Positions 63,011 through 64,000 of a DNA stretch of 64,000 bases are shown in pieces; position 1 is the first letter of the stretch; each line of letters starts with the position of its first letter. This DNA comes from Nitrospirota bacterium (GTDB lineage: Bacteria > Nitrospirota > UBA9217), in contig CAWFSF010000006.1 of NCBI GenBank assembly GCA_963818475.1, positions 2,272,001 to 2,336,000 on the forward strand, read 5' to 3'. The notes beneath the pieces were generated by a model that was given only the letters and a program-made list of their open reading frames with translations, was not told the DNA's origin and searched no databases. The translations under genes were made by a program, and so were the position numbers.

Positions 63011-63390
63011 CTATATCCCAGCCTTCTTCAGCACAGGTGCGATCTCTTCATAGGAATAAAATCCGACATGCCGGTGAAATTCCTTGCCGCTCTTGTCCAG
63101 AAAAACCTGTGTCGGGATCATGTTCACTCCGAACCGTCTGCCGGTCTTATTGTCCTCACGCACATCGATAAAGATGACCTCAAGCTTCCCCGGGTACGTA
63201 TCGCGCAATCTCTGCATTACCGGCTTCATCTGCTCGCAGGGAATGCAGCCGACCGAACCCAGCTCAAGCATGACGATCTTGCCTTCCGCTTTCGCTTTGT
63301 TCAGCACACCATCGATGTCTCCGGTGCATTGCTGCATGACGAAATAGACAACAGGAACAGTACAACCAGCACCGCAAACTTGATTTTCAT
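63011..63390 (-). CDS. Exported thioredoxin (CIPC) (frameshift near 63330)
   Basis: Signal peptide MKIKFAVLVVLFLLS in another frame; GSVGCIPC, IPTQVF, RHVGF. Confidence 0.82.
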
Positions 63391-64000
63391 TTCGCCTCCT
63401 TCAGCCTCTCTGCAAAATACACGGGCAACCCGCTCGCCACGATCGCCTTTGCCGCTTTCTCCACATCATAGGGTACCCGCAAAAAATCTACGCTTACCGA
63501 CTTGGCGGTTATCTCGATCAGGGCCACGCAGGCCCTTGGGTCGCCGTCCTTCGGCTTGCCCACGCTTCCGGCGTTGATAAATATTTTATTTTCGACATCC
63601 TTACGGTAGGGCTTGTGCGTATGGCCGTAGATCAGAATGTCGGCATCTATCTTTCCGGCCATCTCAGTGAAAGAACTTCTCCGGCCGGTCCTCGAACCAA
63701 TAGAGGTTGTTCTTGCGCGGTGTGGCGTGAAACAGCGCGACTTTCCTTCCGAGAACCTCAAAAATGATCTCAACGAGGAAGCTTTCCAAGGTACTTCTTC
63801 GTCTTCGCCGAGGCATGCTCCTTCGTCCAGGCGAATGATCGATTTGCCATTTCCTCCTGCACCGGATCCTCGGCCTTGCAGCCGCAGTGCTCCCGGTCAT
63901 TGGCGCCACGGTTTCGTCGTAGTTTCCCTGCACGCCTTCTATATTATGTTCTCTGATAAAATCAACGACCTCATTCACAAAGGGAGAATATCCGCCCAGA
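63387..64000 (-). CDS. Metallophosphoesterase (5'-truncated by the window edge, frameshifted)
   Basis: GNYD, HCGC, FHATP, GHTHKP, NAGSVGKPKDGDPRA, RVPYD. Confidence 0.85.

Noticed and set aside
55137-64000. Pseudogenes or programmed frameshifting in the island genes
   Set aside because: Scattered single-base indels without slippery-site structure or nonsense codons fit sequencing error; only the two UGAs at Cys positions with SECIS hairpins were accepted as recoding

Overview
GC-rich bacterial chromosomal window; the gene content suggests an anaerobic Nitrospirota or Desulfobacterota-like organism (inference). In order: (1) a minus-strand type IV pilus operon (MerR-like HTH gene, pilMNOPQ, then two lower-GC Ig-fold lipoproteins); (2) housekeeping genes (DUF853 ATPase, glgC, a diguanylate cyclase, a three-gene split glutamate synthase); (3) an unusual ~19 kb complex I operon (nuoA-N) whose input module is a HydABC/Bfu-type, apparently electron-bifurcating set (NuoE, a thioredoxin-like 2Fe-2S ferredoxin, a long NuoF with a C-terminal 2x[4Fe-4S] domain, an FDH-like non-catalytic NuoG), with a DRTGG / CBS-kinase / DRTGG / PHP / HATPase cassette inserted between nuoD and nuoE; (4) ntrBC, an EamA transporter and an orphan sigma-54 promoter; (5) a sod-rubrerythrin-flavoprotein operon with a PerR-type box; (6) a ~16 kb minus-strand redox/Fe-S/metal(loid) island with two smsCB (minimal SUF) pairs, two USP paralogues, thioredoxins, CcdA proteins, an ArsP-type permease and two selenoprotein genes (in-frame UGA plus SECIS hairpin) that the ORF track truncates or misses. 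Several intergenic regions carry palindromes built from heptamer repeats. Many single-base frameshifts at about 22.5-30.5 kb and 51-64 kb look like sequencing indels. Family assignments come from motif recognition only; no searches were run.
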